Positions 36,179-46,301 of a stretch of 64,000 bases of DNA are shown piece by piece; position 1 is the first letter of the stretch; each line of letters begins with the position of its first letter. Location of the stretch: positions 232,306-296,305 of the forward strand of contig OY970126.1 of assembly GCA_963705915.1 (NCBI GenBank), in the 5' to 3' direction. The position numbers and the translations under genes were made by a program. Origin of the DNA: an uncultured bacterium. GTDB lineage: Bacteria > Patescibacteriota > Minisyncoccia > UBA6257 > 2-01-FULL-56-20. The notes under the pieces were generated by a model. That model was not told where the DNA came from, made no database searches, and saw only the letters and a list, made by a program, of their open reading frames with translations.

Positions 36179-37408
36179 TTATTCATGAACCACGCGCAGA
36201 ATTTCTTCGATCGACGTGAGGCCCAGTGATGCTTTTCGGAGCGCGTCTTCAATCATGGTCGTCATGCCGTTTTTCACTGCTTGCTCTTTGATTTCGTGAG
36301 CCGATGCATGGTTCATGATGAGCTGGCGTACATCATCCGTCACTTCAAGAACCTCCCGCACGCCGAGACGTCCTTGGAATCCGCTACCATTACACTCGGC
36401 GCACCCTTGCGCCTTAAAAAATTTCATTTCAGGTCGCAACGTCGGAATGATCTCTAGGAGGCTTTTAAATTCATCGAGCGTGAGCTTTCGCTCGGTTTTG
36501 CATTTTTGGCACAACATGCGGACAAGGCGCTGGCCGATCGCAACGTTCACCGTTGATGCGACGAGAAACGATGGCACGCCCATATCGAGCAAGCGTGGAA
36601 ATGTTGTTGCGGAGTCGTTGGTATGAAGCGTCGAAAGCACGAGGTGGCCGGTGAGCGCAGCGTTCACGGCAATCGACGCCGTTTCTTCATCGCGAATTTC
36701 ACCGACCATCACGATGTTCGGATCTTGGCGCAATATCGAACGCAATCCGCTCGCAAAGGTGAATCCAATTTCTGCGTTGGTTTGGATCTGCGTCGTGCCA
36801 TCGAGCGAGTATTCGATCGGATCCTCAATCGTCACGATGGACGCCTCAGAACTATTCAATTGCTTTAATAAGGTGTAGAGCGTCGTTGTTTTTCCAGAAC
36901 CCGTCGGGCCGTTCGCAAGGATCATGCCGTATGGCTTCCCTATTGCGCCCATAACCTTCTTCAAATCCTCCGCGCTGAACCCTAAATCTTTTAATTCAAA
37001 ATTTTGCGTTCCAGCAAGCACGCGGAGAATCGCATTCTCACCGTAATACGTCGGGATAATTGAAACGCGCACATCCACGTCGCCGAAATCTTGAATGGCG
37101 ATGCGCAACCTTCCGTCTTGTGGAAGTAAGTGTTCGTCGGTTCGGAGACCTGAAAGCACCTTGATGCGGCTTATGATCTCCGGATGAAGCCGCATATCAA
37201 TCTTCTTCTCGAACACGTCAAAGAGCAATCCGTCGATGCGGTAGCGAACGCGCAGTTGATCCCTTGTCGGTTCAATATGAATATCCGAGGCATTCGCAAT
37301 ATAGGCGTATTCCACGAACAAATCGACGAGGTTGATAATCGAAATGCTCTCGAGCGATTCTCCGAGCAAATTTTCAATAAGGGGCTTTAGCGATTTGATA
37401 TCGCGCAT
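36179..37408 (-). CDS. pilB: type IV pilus assembly ATPase (PilB/GspE family, lacking N-terminal domains)
   Basis: ASDIHIEP, PQDGR, GPTGSGKTTT, LRQDP, GEIRD, TGHLVLSTLH, tetra-Cys motif. Confidence 0.92.
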   Translation of the reverse strand: MRDIKSLKPLIENLLGESLESISIINLVDLFVEYAYIANASDIHIEPTRDQLRVRYRIDGLLFDVFEKKIDMRLHPEIISRIKVLSGLRTDEHLLPQDGRLRIAIQDFGDVDVRVSIIPTYYGENAILRVLAGTQNFELKDLGFSAEDLKKVMGAIGKPYGMILANGPTGSGKTTTLYTLLKQLNSSEASIVTIEDPIEYSLDGTTQIQTNAEIGFTFASGLRSILRQDPNIVMVGEIRDEETASIAVNAALTGHLVLSTLHTNDSATTFPRLLDMGVPSFLVASTVNVAIGQRLVRMLCQKCKTERKLTLDEFKSLLEIIPTLRPEMKFFKAQGCAECNGSGFQGRLGVREVLEVTDDVRQLIMNHASAHEIKEQAVKNGMTTMIEDALRKASLGLTSIEEILRVVHE

Positions 37409-37455
37409 GTTTTTATTGTATCATAGGAAACGCACACGATTTTCGCAGTATATTT

Positions 37456-37526
37456 TGCCGGATCGTCTAATGGTAGGACTCCGCTCTCTGGAAGCGGGTA
37501 TCTTGGTTCGAATCCAGGTCCGGCAG
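37456..37526 (+). tRNA. tRNA-Gln(CTG), CCA not encoded
   Basis: Acceptor TGCCGGA/TCCGGCA (U1-A72), anticodon arm CCGCT-CTCTGGA-AGCGG, GTTCGAATC. Confidence 0.95.
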
Positions 37527-37530
37527 CAAG

Positions 37531-38442
37531 CTAAGCCACCTTTTTCTTATTGGTAAACCACCTCCAATGCGTGACTGCGAGATAGGCAAGATAGGCATAG
37601 AGCAAGCCGAGTGCGACGTCGAAAAAATAATGTTCGCCAAGATAGATGACGGCAAAGGCGACTCCGATAGCGTAGAGAATAAGTGGCGCGATAGTGCGCG
37701 GATATTTTTTGCCGATATAGAGGGCGGTGAAAAACGGATAGGCGGCGTGAAGCGATGGAACGGCAGCAGTTAAATTTGGCCCAAAATATTTATAGACGGT
37801 CGGAAGGGCGATGAAAGCATAGAAATGAGCGAAGACGATGTTCGTGATGTGGGTGACGGGCGGGATGATCCCGTATTGCGCGGCGAGCCACGGCGGCGCG
37901 GCAGGGAATACAAGATACGTGAGATAGGCCATGAACGAAAGGCCTACCATGCCGAAGATATACCCTTCAAAATCCTCGCGATCGACGAGCCATAGGATGA
38001 AGGCGATAAAAAGCGGCACAACAAAAAAAATTGAGTAGAGAAATCCGCTCATGTAATCGTACCAGTGCAAATAATTTGGATTGAAGAGCAGGTGTTGCAA
38101 CCAAACCGTTGGCAACTGGCCAAAGATAAACGTATCGAACTTCGGCATGAAATAGTAATGGACGTCCGGGTTGATCTTGGGAATGAGCGTCCGCAGATAT
38201 TCATAGACGAGCAGAAGCAGGATTGGGGGCGTCCAATCCTTAATAAAATTTTTGCCTTGACCTATCAGCACTGCGAAGATGAGTGCAAACACAAAAAATT
38301 GATCCGGTGAATAGGGTGCCTGATGGAGGATGAGGAAAAATCCGATGATGCCCAAATATAATAAAGAGGCGACAATAAGAAAGCGATCGTATCGCCGCTT
38401 GCTTTGCCAATATGAGCGAAGTTTCAATATCGGGTTGGACAC
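37531..38442 (-). CDS. PAP2-family membrane protein (AUR1/IPC-synthase-like)
   Basis: Multi-TM; FPAAPPW, AAVPSLHAAY, YLGEHYFFD. Confidence 0.82.
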   Translation of the reverse strand: MSNPILKLRSYWQSKRRYDRFLIVASLLYLGIIGFFLILHQAPYSPDQFFVFALIFAVLIGQGKNFIKDWTPPILLLLVYEYLRTLIPKINPDVHYYFMPKFDTFIFGQLPTVWLQHLLFNPNYLHWYDYMSGFLYSIFFVVPLFIAFILWLVDREDFEGYIFGMVGLSFMAYLTYLVFPAAPPWLAAQYGIIPPVTHITNIVFAHFYAFIALPTVYKYFGPNLTAAVPSLHAAYPFFTALYIGKKYPRTIAPLILYAIGVAFAVIYLGEHYFFDVALGLLYAYLAYLAVTHWRWFTNKKKVA

Positions 38443-38492
38443 AAGAAATTAGGGATAGCCCACTTTTATATCATATATATTACAATGACTTC

Positions 38493-38828
38493 ATGGAAAT
38501 CCCCGAAACAACCCAAAAGCAAATAATCGCCCTCGTGAGAAAGATCCCGAGCGGCACGGTGATGAGTTACGGACAAATTGCCTCGGAGCTTGGCATTCAG
38601 GATGCGCGCGTCGTCGGCTGGACGATGCATACGGCTGGTGGTGCGGATGGCGTGCCGTGGTGGCGAGTGCTTAACAATGAAGGCAAAATCACTATTAAAG
38701 ACGCCGTGGAGCGGATGAAGCAGAAGGAGCTGCTTATGCGAGAAGGCGTGTACGTGAATGAAAATTTTATTTTGGATATAGACAAATACCGTCACGGAAC
38801 CGTTCCGGGGCAAAGGAAGCTACTTTAA
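38493..38828 (+). CDS. alkyltransferase-like (ATL/MGMT family) protein
   Basis: IPSG.VMSYGQIA, ARVVG, PWWRV (Trp in place of the catalytic Cys). Confidence 0.88.
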   Translation: MEIPETTQKQIIALVRKIPSGTVMSYGQIASELGIQDARVVGWTMHTAGGADGVPWWRVLNNEGKITIKDAVERMKQKELLMREGVYVNENFILDIDKYRHGTVPGQRKLL

Positions 38829-38871
38829 CCAGTTTTGACATATTTCGGATATCAATCTTAAATCAAGAGAT

Positions 38872-40071
38872 ATGGCATTTATCGCCTCCATTTTGGCATC
38901 GTTTATTTCTTTTATAGGAAGTGTCGGCGGTGTTTTTAATGCACCGACCGTAATGCAAAGTCTTCCTCCGCAAGCGGCCATTGTGCAGATTTCCGCTTCT
39001 CCCCTACTGTCATTAAAACCTCATGTAAACGCCACGTCATCGCCGATGTCTTTTGCAGTTACGCTCACATCAGTTCAACCGAATTTACTGCCGACGGTCA
39101 AAATCTCTGCGAAGCCTCTCGTGGTTTTACAAGCGGTATCGCAGCCAACGTCAAAACCAGCGCAGACCGAGAATCAGGAACAGACACTGCCACCTGAGAT
39201 TGCGATGAATGCGCAATCGTTCTTAAATGCAACAACACTCTCGCTTAATGAACGACATGACGGACCATACGAAGCTCAACTCACCACGAACCTCGGGGCT
39301 GGCCAATCGATACTATGGAATCTTTCAGACGCCACCGTTGGTAGTTCAACTCCGTTTTCAACATCGTATACCTGCGTACCAGAACCAATCCCTCCGATCG
39401 CACTCGACCCTGACCAAAATCCAACGTTTACGCAACGGACACCATACACCTGCACCATATCACTTACGCCACTTTCCGGGACCGATCTTCGCACCCAATC
39501 AAAACAATTCACATTCACAGCACCCCCAGGCAAACTTATCGTGACGCCGCCGGCGAGTATGGATACAGTCTTAAAAGATACCGAGAATGATGGCGGCTTT
39601 GTTTTTACGAACGATGACACCCAACCGATCACCGTGACCAACCTCACCTTCAACGTTGCCTATAATGACCTTACAAATGCGTACGGCCCCACGATCCTCC
39701 GTTTTATAAATCCCGTGACGGGCGCGCCTGCCGGCGATTTTGACATCAGCAACTTACCTGCCGTTTCCGGAGGGTCATATACGAACGAGCAAGACGGTCT
39801 TTCTGCGCCAGTGTCATTAACCATCCCCCCGGATGACGAACGCTTGCTGCCAATCGCCATCCTCGGGGCTCACCCGCTGAGTGTCCAAAGCACGACACCA
39901 ACCCTCAGCGTGACACTCAAAGGCGTAACGATAAGCGCTCCTGACGTGCAGACCGTGTTGAACAGCGCTTCGATTTCGTGGAGTTGCACGGTAACCTTCG
40001 CCATCTATGATCCGAATGCAACCAGTGGAGCGTTGGTCTCTGGACAAGCATGCAACGTTGGAGGGAACTAG
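38872..40071 (+). CDS. exported S/T/P-rich hypothetical protein
   Basis: Hydrophobic N-terminus; beta-rich body with two Cys pairs. Confidence 0.65.
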   Translation: MAFIASILASFISFIGSVGGVFNAPTVMQSLPPQAAIVQISASPLLSLKPHVNATSSPMSFAVTLTSVQPNLLPTVKISAKPLVVLQAVSQPTSKPAQTENQEQTLPPEIAMNAQSFLNATTLSLNERHDGPYEAQLTTNLGAGQSILWNLSDATVGSSTPFSTSYTCVPEPIPPIALDPDQNPTFTQRTPYTCTISLTPLSGTDLRTQSKQFTFTAPPGKLIVTPPASMDTVLKDTENDGGFVFTNDDTQPITVTNLTFNVAYNDLTNAYGPTILRFINPVTGAPAGDFDISNLPAVSGGSYTNEQDGLSAPVSLTIPPDDERLLPIAILGAHPLSVQSTTPTLSVTLKGVTISAPDVQTVLNSASISWSCTVTFAIYDPNATSGALVSGQACNVGGN

Positions 40072-40101
40072 TTCGTATATTATCGTGTTACACTAAAACG
40101 T

Positions 40102-40605
40102 ATGAAAACATCCTCGGTCATTTTGCTCGTTGTGATAGTGGTGCTCATCGTGGTGGGCGTCTGGTTTTTTGTAACCTATAACCAAAATCAGTACGCTACT
40201 GGGCCGGCCACCTATGTACCGACATCAACGGTAAGCACGTCGCCGAGTTCCACAAGCGCGGCCCTTGTGAGCGTCGGCCAAAGCCCGGCGCTTGGAACCT
40301 ATCTCACCGCAGAAAATGGCATGACGCTGTATAAATTCACCAACGACACTCCGGGATCCGGCGTGAGCACGTGCACGGGACAATGCGCAGTTCTCTGGCC
40401 GCCATACACGATCCCGTCATCTTCTTCTATTGCCGAGATCTTGGTTCCGGGCGCCACGGGAACATTTGACACGATCACCCGAAGCGACGGAACGATCCAA
40501 CTCACCTATAACGGCTACCCGCTTTATTACTATGCAAAAGATGCCATGCCAGGCGATACGAACGGGCAGAACGTTGGCGGCGTATGGTTCGTGGTAAATC
40601 CATAA
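40102..40605 (+). CDS. secreted repeat protein (COG4315/Lipoprotein_15-like)
   Basis: GMTLY.F..D, C.GQCA..WPP, QLTYNGYPLYYY..D..PGD.NGQ...GVW. Confidence 0.85.
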   Translation: MKTSSVILLVVIVVLIVVGVWFFVTYNQNQYATGPATYVPTSTVSTSPSSTSAALVSVGQSPALGTYLTAENGMTLYKFTNDTPGSGVSTCTGQCAVLWPPYTIPSSSSIAEILVPGATGTFDTITRSDGTIQLTYNGYPLYYYAKDAMPGDTNGQNVGGVWFVVNP

Positions 40606-40606
40606 C

Positions 40607-41317
40607 ATGCAAATAACGGATAAGGTTGTCATCGTGACCGGTGCCTCCGAAGGCATCGGTCGAGCAGTTTCGAAGACGCTTGCACGCGAAGGCGCCATTG
40701 TTGTACTCGCAGCACGTTCGGACGACAAGATCGCCGAACTCGCCCACGAATTACCGAAAGCGCTTGCCGTACATGCGGATATGCGCAACGCCGCAGATAT
40801 TCAGAACCTCGTCGATCGGGCGATTGCCGTCTATGGCCGAATCGATATTTTGGTGAACAACGCCGGACAAGGGATGTATGGGCCCGTCGATTCCATTGAT
40901 GTAGAAAAGTATCGCAACATTATGGAGTTGAACGTGTACGGTCCCCTCATCGCAATGCAGGCTGTCATCCCCCACATGCGAACACAAGGCGGCGGCATGA
41001 TAGTGAACGTAAGCTCACGTGTTTCCAAAAATTATTTTCCACGCCTTGCAGCATATGCTTCGACGAAATACGCCCTGAATGCTTTATCTTTAACGGCACG
41101 CGAAGAATTGAAGAACGACAATATTATCGTGAGCGTGATGCACCCCAAGATGACGGCAACTGCTTTCGGCAAAAATGCTATCACCGGTGGCGCTTCACGT
41201 CCGGCGCAGCCTGCAGGAACCGCTCGACCCGCAGGGATGGATGTTGATTCGGCGGAAGACGTGGCAGAAAAGATTATTGAACTCATTCATTCTGAAGCGC
41301 CAGAGGCAGAGATGTAG
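40607..41317 (+). CDS. short-chain dehydrogenase/reductase
   Basis: TGASEGIG, NNAG, YASTK. Confidence 0.9.
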   Translation: MQITDKVVIVTGASEGIGRAVSKTLAREGAIVVLAARSDDKIAELAHELPKALAVHADMRNAADIQNLVDRAIAVYGRIDILVNNAGQGMYGPVDSIDVEKYRNIMELNVYGPLIAMQAVIPHMRTQGGGMIVNVSSRVSKNYFPRLAAYASTKYALNALSLTAREELKNDNIIVSVMHPKMTATAFGKNAITGGASRPAQPAGTARPAGMDVDSAEDVAEKIIELIHSEAPEAEM

Positions 41318-41344
41318 GCAACGTGGTCATGGTACCATAGAACC

Positions 41345-42307
41345 ATGCTGATTGATGAAGTTTCGATTAAAATCCAGGCTGGGCATGGTGGCAAAGGCTC
41401 GGCTGCATTTAATAAGAATTTAATGTCTCTGGGGCCCGCTGGCGGTTCTGGAGGGCTTGGCGGCAGCGTTTATGCCCTTGGCGTGTCGGACCTCTCGGCG
41501 CTTGGTCAGTTTCGGTTTAAAAAAGCGTTCGCCGCCGAGAATGGTCACGACGGCCGAGGTCAGTTCCGCGACGGTCACACAGGCAAAGATCTCGTTTTAA
41601 AGCTGCCCGTTGGCACCGTTATCCATAACCTTACGACCGGCAGCGACACAGAAATCGTAAAGGTTGGCGAGAAAATTGTGCTGGCAAAGGGCGGCATTGG
41701 CGGCAAGGGCAATTTTCAATTTCGATCATCGCGTAATACGTCACCAAAATTTGCGCAAGACGGCCGTCCCGGCGAAGAATTCAGGCTTCACCTTGAGCTC
41801 AAATACATTGCCGATGTCGGTTTTGTTGGTTTACCAAACGTTGGCAAATCAAGTTTATTGAACAAACTCACGAATGCCCGGAGTAAGGTTGCCAATTATC
41901 ACTTCACAACCCTCGAACCCAATCTCGGTGTTTATTATGAAATCATTCTCGCCGACATCCCGGGACTCATCGAAGGGTCGTCCACCGGCAAAGGCCTCGG
42001 TATCAAGTTTTTGCGGCATATCGAGCGCACCGGCACGCTCTTCCATTTTATCTCTGCGGAGTCCGAACATCCCGCGCAGGATTATAAAACGATCCGAAAG
42101 GAGCTTGGCGCATACAACAAAGCGCTCCTCGATAAACCGGAGTATCTATTTTTGACAAAAATCGATTTACTATCCCCTGCTGAACTGAAAAAGAAGGTTG
42201 CGACACTCAAGAAGATCGATCCGCATGTGATGTCGATTTCGATTCATGATTCGGAAAGCATCAAGGAAGTTGAGAGGGTTTTGAATAAGATTAAGGCGAG
42301 AAAGTAA
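41345..42307 (+). CDS. obgE: GTPase ObgE
   Basis: Gly-rich Obg fold, GLPNVGKSS, FTTLEPN, DIPG, TKID. Confidence 0.95.
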   Translation: MLIDEVSIKIQAGHGGKGSAAFNKNLMSLGPAGGSGGLGGSVYALGVSDLSALGQFRFKKAFAAENGHDGRGQFRDGHTGKDLVLKLPVGTVIHNLTTGSDTEIVKVGEKIVLAKGGIGGKGNFQFRSSRNTSPKFAQDGRPGEEFRLHLELKYIADVGFVGLPNVGKSSLLNKLTNARSKVANYHFTTLEPNLGVYYEIILADIPGLIEGSSTGKGLGIKFLRHIERTGTLFHFISAESEHPAQDYKTIRKELGAYNKALLDKPEYLFLTKIDLLSPAELKKKVATLKKIDPHVMSISIHDSESIKEVERVLNKIKARK

Positions 42308-42328
42308 GCCCCGACTTGCGCAGGTCGG

Positions 42329-42700
42329 TTACTTCTTCTCCAACTCCAAGCACACCGAATTAATGCAGTAGCGTTTGCCGCCTTTGTCTGCGGGGCCGTC
42401 GTCAAAGACATGGCCGAGGTGTGCCCCGCAGGTTTTACAGACTACTTCGACGCGGTGCATGCCATAGGCATCGTCAGGGCGAAGAATAACTTTTTCGAGA
42501 TTGGCGGGCTCGGTAAAGCTTGGCCAGCCAGTGCCAGAATCAAATTTGGTATCGGATGAAAATAACTCCGTGCCGCAGATCGCGCACTTGTACATGCCTT
42601 TTTCGTGATTATCCCAGTACGCGCCGGTGAACGGAGCTTCGGTGCCGCCTTTGCGAGCAACGTTATAGAGTTCGGGCGGAAGTTCGTTGTCTTGTTTCAT
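42329..42700 (-). CDS. msrB: peptide-methionine (R)-S-oxide reductase
   Basis: GTEAPFTG, SGTGWPSF, HLGHVF.DGP, RYCINS. Confidence 0.95.
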   Translation of the reverse strand: MKQDNELPPELYNVARKGGTEAPFTGAYWDNHEKGMYKCAICGTELFSSDTKFDSGTGWPSFTEPANLEKVILRPDDAYGMHRVEVVCKTCGAHLGHVFDDGPADKGGKRYCINSVCLELEKK

Positions 42701-42735
42701 AATAGTATTACTTTTTAAAATTTATTTCGTGTAGA

Positions 42736-43287
42736 TCACTTGGAGTGGGTCTTCAATAATTCTGAAAACTTTTCCTGTAATTTCTCGACTTTTGGCTCAA
42801 TAATGATTTGGCAGTATGGAGCTCCACGATTGTTCTTGAAATAATTTCGGTGGTAGTCTTCGGCCGGATAGAACACATCGAGCGAGAGCGGCGTGATTTC
42901 CGTGACAATTGGCTTGCCACCCGGATCAGACGCTTGGAGGTCAGCAATAAATTTCTCGGCTTCAGCCTTTTGTTCGGGTGTCGTATAGAAAACTGCCGAG
43001 CGATATTGGGTGCCAACATCATTCCCCTGCCGGTTGAGCGTCGTCGGGTCGTGCGTGGCAAAGAATACCGTTAAGAGATCATGGAATGTAATTTGCGAAG
43101 GATCGTAATCAACGCGAATCACCTCGGCGTGACCAGTCGCACCGCTCGATACTTGCTCGTACGTTGGGTGCTTCACCATGCCGCCGGCATAACCAGGCAA
43201 AACCGAACTCACGCCGCGGAGTTCGCTGAAAACAGCTTCCGTGCACCAGAAACATCCCCCGCCAAATATCGCTACCTGTTTTTCCAT
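42736..43287 (-). CDS. msrA: peptide-methionine (S)-S-oxide reductase
   Basis: GGCFWC, GHAEV, HDPT..NRQGND.GTQYRS, AEDYH; start moved to ATG 43287. Confidence 0.95.
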   Translation of the reverse strand: MEKQVAIFGGGCFWCTEAVFSELRGVSSVLPGYAGGMVKHPTYEQVSSGATGHAEVIRVDYDPSQITFHDLLTVFFATHDPTTLNRQGNDVGTQYRSAVFYTTPEQKAEAEKFIADLQASDPGGKPIVTEITPLSLDVFYPAEDYHRNYFKNNRGAPYCQIIIEPKVEKLQEKFSELLKTHSK

Positions 43288-43304
43288 GCTTGTTATTGTA
43301 ATAA

Positions 43305-43949
43305 TTATCCTTCGAGCGAAAATGGGTGCTTCTTTAACAATTGCGCATAGTAGACCAAACTCTTTGCCAGATTCTCTGCCATGTGCGGCGTTGCCTTGTT
43401 CTTGCGTCGTCGGGCGCGATCGGTTTTTACCGGCATACCAACTTCGCCAACCCAATAGGCACAGCAATTCGGCGGCAGCGTGAAGTTCATAAACGTGAGC
43501 ACCTCCATGATTCCCGCAAGCGTCGCCTGGGCACCGTCTTCGCTGCCGGTTATTACGACGCCCGCGACTTTATTCAAAAGCTCGGCACGGCCGCCGGCAA
43601 TCACCTCTTCGTCGAAGGCATCGAGGCGTTCGATAATCCGTTGCATAAGACTCGAGCGGCCACCCCACCAGATCGGCGTGGCAAAGATCACGATATCAGC
43701 CCTTCGGATTTTATTGACGATCGCCGGCCAGTCATCACCCTTGCCTTCGTTGAAACCTAGTCCGACGGGAATATTTTTATCAGAGAGCCTGATGATCTCG
43801 GCATTGATTTCCGCGCTTTTCAAACTACGCATGTGCTTCAGAACCAGCTCGGTGACCTCTTCGGTATTTGACGGCTCTTTGTCACGCCGATGTTTGAGCG
43901 ACGCGTTCAAGACAAGAACGTTAAGCGAGTCATGTTTTGTTTTTGGCAT
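43305..43949 (-). CDS. flavodoxin-family NAD(P)H-dependent oxidoreductase
   Basis: LNAS..SNT, ADIVIFATPIWWG, KVAG..ITGSEDG. Confidence 0.82.
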   Translation of the reverse strand: MPKTKHDSLNVLVLNASLKHRRDKEPSNTEEVTELVLKHMRSLKSAEINAEIIRLSDKNIPVGLGFNEGKGDDWPAIVNKIRRADIVIFATPIWWGGRSSLMQRIIERLDAFDEEVIAGGRAELLNKVAGVVITGSEDGAQATLAGIMEVLTFMNFTLPPNCCAYWVGEVGMPVKTDRARRRKNKATPHMAENLAKSLVYYAQLLKKHPFSLEG

Positions 43950-43981
43950 GGTCTAAGTATAGCAAGATTATACGAACACGG

Positions 43982-45193
43982 TTACCCAAAGGTAAATGTG
44001 AACGCTTGCAGCCCTGGCGAATTGACGATGAGTTCGAGCGTATGATCGCCGCCACCGTCGGCATTGTTTACCAAGTTGTACAAGCGACTCGAACTTATCG
44101 TTACCGTGCCATTGTGGACGTCGCTCCCGGCGTCGGCTGCAGGGATCGGCTGACCGTCCTGGAGGACTTGCAACGTGACCGGCGAGGAAGACGCGCTCGC
44201 GACGATATATACTTTTCCGGCGTCATATTGATAGAGAACTTCGGCCCCAGAACTTACATTCGTTGCATATTGGTCCGCAAAATCCCACGTACCGCCAAGA
44301 TAGAGCGTGTTGAGCTGCGCGCTCGCGGACGATGGCGCGGTGAGCGTCTGAAGGCCGTCTTGCATCTGTGTACCGTTCCCAAGATATTCATTCCTTGCCG
44401 CACCAAAATAGGTTTCCGGACTATTGATCTCGTTCAAATTCGCGTTTTGGACATCAACGGTTCCTGTGCTCACGTTATCCGGAAGCCCGAGTACCTGGTC
44501 ACGCTGTGTAAGTAATTTTTGTATTTCAGCTTCGGTCTCGTCGTAATTTCCTTCGCCTACCTGATCGTGCACGATGTAACCAGCGATGTCGATCAAATAT
44601 TCATGCGGCCAATACAGGTTGCCATAGGCGTCCCACGTTCCATAATTGCTATCAAGCACCACGGGGTATTGAATGCCGTATTGCTGCACCGCCGCTTGGA
44701 CATTGTTAATATTTTTTTCAAATTCAAATTCTGGTGTGTGAATGCCGACGATCTCCAACCCTTCGTTCCCATATTTTGAATACCACGATGTGAGGTAGGG
44801 CAACGTACGGATGCAGTTGATACAGCTATACGTCCAGAAGTCGAGGAGGATTACCTTTTTACCAATGAGGTTCGCGAGGTTGAATCCCGATGTTGCATTG
44901 ATGAATCCGGTTGGGTCGGCGATTTCAATTGCCGGTTGGTCGCCCGCCTTGGCGTCAGCGGCTGCAATTGCCTGGAGCCCTTCCTGCATGGTACTCGACG
45001 AGGAGCCGATCGGCGGCATGCTTGAAATGCCAGGGGAAGAACTCGTGAGGGCCGTACCTGTTGCGTTTATGTTAATCGGCGTTCCGCCGCCGGCAGTGCC
45101 ACTTGGATGCACCTGGATCGCTTCGAGATACCAAATGGCGCCGATGATGAGGACGACGAGAACACCAAGCCAGATTTTTTTATTTTTTGTCAT
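43982..45193 (-). CDS. exported thioredoxin-fold protein (DipZ C-terminal-like)
   Basis: DFWTYSCINCIRTLP, GIHTPEF.FEK, YWP, GEG.Y, SPETY, terminal FTFG. Confidence 0.88.
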   Translation of the reverse strand: MTKNKKIWLGVLVVLIIGAIWYLEAIQVHPSGTAGGGTPININATGTALTSSSPGISSMPPIGSSSSTMQEGLQAIAAADAKAGDQPAIEIADPTGFINATSGFNLANLIGKKVILLDFWTYSCINCIRTLPYLTSWYSKYGNEGLEIVGIHTPEFEFEKNINNVQAAVQQYGIQYPVVLDSNYGTWDAYGNLYWPHEYLIDIAGYIVHDQVGEGNYDETEAEIQKLLTQRDQVLGLPDNVSTGTVDVQNANLNEINSPETYFGAARNEYLGNGTQMQDGLQTLTAPSSASAQLNTLYLGGTWDFADQYATNVSSGAEVLYQYDAGKVYIVASASSSPVTLQVLQDGQPIPAADAGSDVHNGTVTISSSRLYNLVNNADGGGDHTLELIVNSPGLQAFTFTFG

Positions 45194-45197
45194 GGGA

Positions 45198-45926
45198 TTA
45201 TAGATGATGGGCTAATAAGAAGTTATTAACGAAACCGAAGTTTGCGATGAGCGTGAGGCTTTGCGTGAAAACCAAAATGCCCAAAGCGATGAGGATGACA
45301 CCGAACACCGGATTGATCCATTCGAGCTTAGTCGCGATGCGATTGATCGCTTCTGAGCTCTGCGCGACGAAAAGGCCGACGATGAGAAACGGCACGCCGA
45401 GGCCGATGGCATAGGAAAGCAGGAGGTAAAACGCCGACCCGGGCGCTGATGCGGCGAGCCCGAGAATCCCACCGAGCACCGGGCCTACGCACGGCGTCCA
45501 ACCTGCAGCAAACGCGAATCCAAAAAGGAGCGACGTGAGGTAGCGCGAACGAAAATGCAACTTTACGCCCATCTTATGGTCATACTCCAAAAATGGGATT
45601 TTAAAGAAACCCATAAGGTAGATCCCGAAAAAGATCACAATCAATCCGCCGATCCACGCAAGCCACTGTTGTACGGCATACGCGGCGTGCGCGAGGACGG
45701 TATTTAAAAGAACGCCGAGCAATGCAAAGACTATCGAGAATCCGAGCACAAAGAAGAAGCTGCTCAAAAAAACATTCCACCGCGAAGGCCTTTTGCCCGA
45801 AGCTTGTGCAGACGTCGTATCCCCCGCCAGGTAACCGAGGAACCCAGGAATGATCGGCAAAACACACGGCGAAAGGAAAGAGATGATTCCTCCGATGAAT
45901 GCGCCGATGATCGGAACATCAAGCAT
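45198..45926 (-). CDS. ccdA: CcdA/DsbD-type transmembrane electron transporter
   Basis: SFLSPCVLP, GWTPCVGP; 6 TM. Confidence 0.9.
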   Translation of the reverse strand: MLDVPIIGAFIGGIISFLSPCVLPIIPGFLGYLAGDTTSAQASGKRPSRWNVFLSSFFFVLGFSIVFALLGVLLNTVLAHAAYAVQQWLAWIGGLIVIFFGIYLMGFFKIPFLEYDHKMGVKLHFRSRYLTSLLFGFAFAAGWTPCVGPVLGGILGLAASAPGSAFYLLLSYAIGLGVPFLIVGLFVAQSSEAINRIATKLEWINPVFGVILIALGILVFTQSLTLIANFGFVNNFLLAHHL

Positions 45927-45938
45927 GAATTATGGTGA

Positions 45939-46301
45939 TTACAATTTATTTTTTCCGTAGATAAGCCCTGCGACCTTTCCGATGATCATGGCAGCGAGCG
46001 CAAATAGGAGCCAAGGATCGAGCGCGTGGGAAAGCTCCTCGATGATGATGGCGACGAGCAAAAGTCCGGAGCCCAAAAGATACGCAACGCGATCGGCAAA
46101 GAAACGGTAGAAGCGTTCATGCTCGTCGCCGCGACCTTCATTCCAAAAGAAAATAGCAAATACGGCGAAGAGTGCAACGATGCCTACGAGCAGGCCCATC
46201 ACGGCGTAGCCGGGCATAAACACGCTCCATGGGTTAAAAATCACAAAAAGCAGAATCAATAAACCGATAGCAACGGCAATTTCACCGCGGAGGTTTTTCA
46301 T
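45939..46301 (-). CDS. membrane protein (DUF2178-like)
   Basis: 4 TM; DEHER..ADRVAY motif; ATGA overlap with the XRE gene. Confidence 0.6.
   Translation of the reverse strand: MKNLRGEIAVAIGLLILLFVIFNPWSVFMPGYAVMGLLVGIVALFAVFAIFFWNEGRGDEHERFYRFFADRVAYLLGSGLLLVAIIIEELSHALDPWLLFALAAMIIGKVAGLIYGKNKL

Noticed and set aside
38493-38828. Active O6-methylguanine methyltransferase (Ogt/Ada)
   Set aside because: The active-site PCHR is replaced by PWWR, which marks the known non-catalytic ATL class, so it is not novel.
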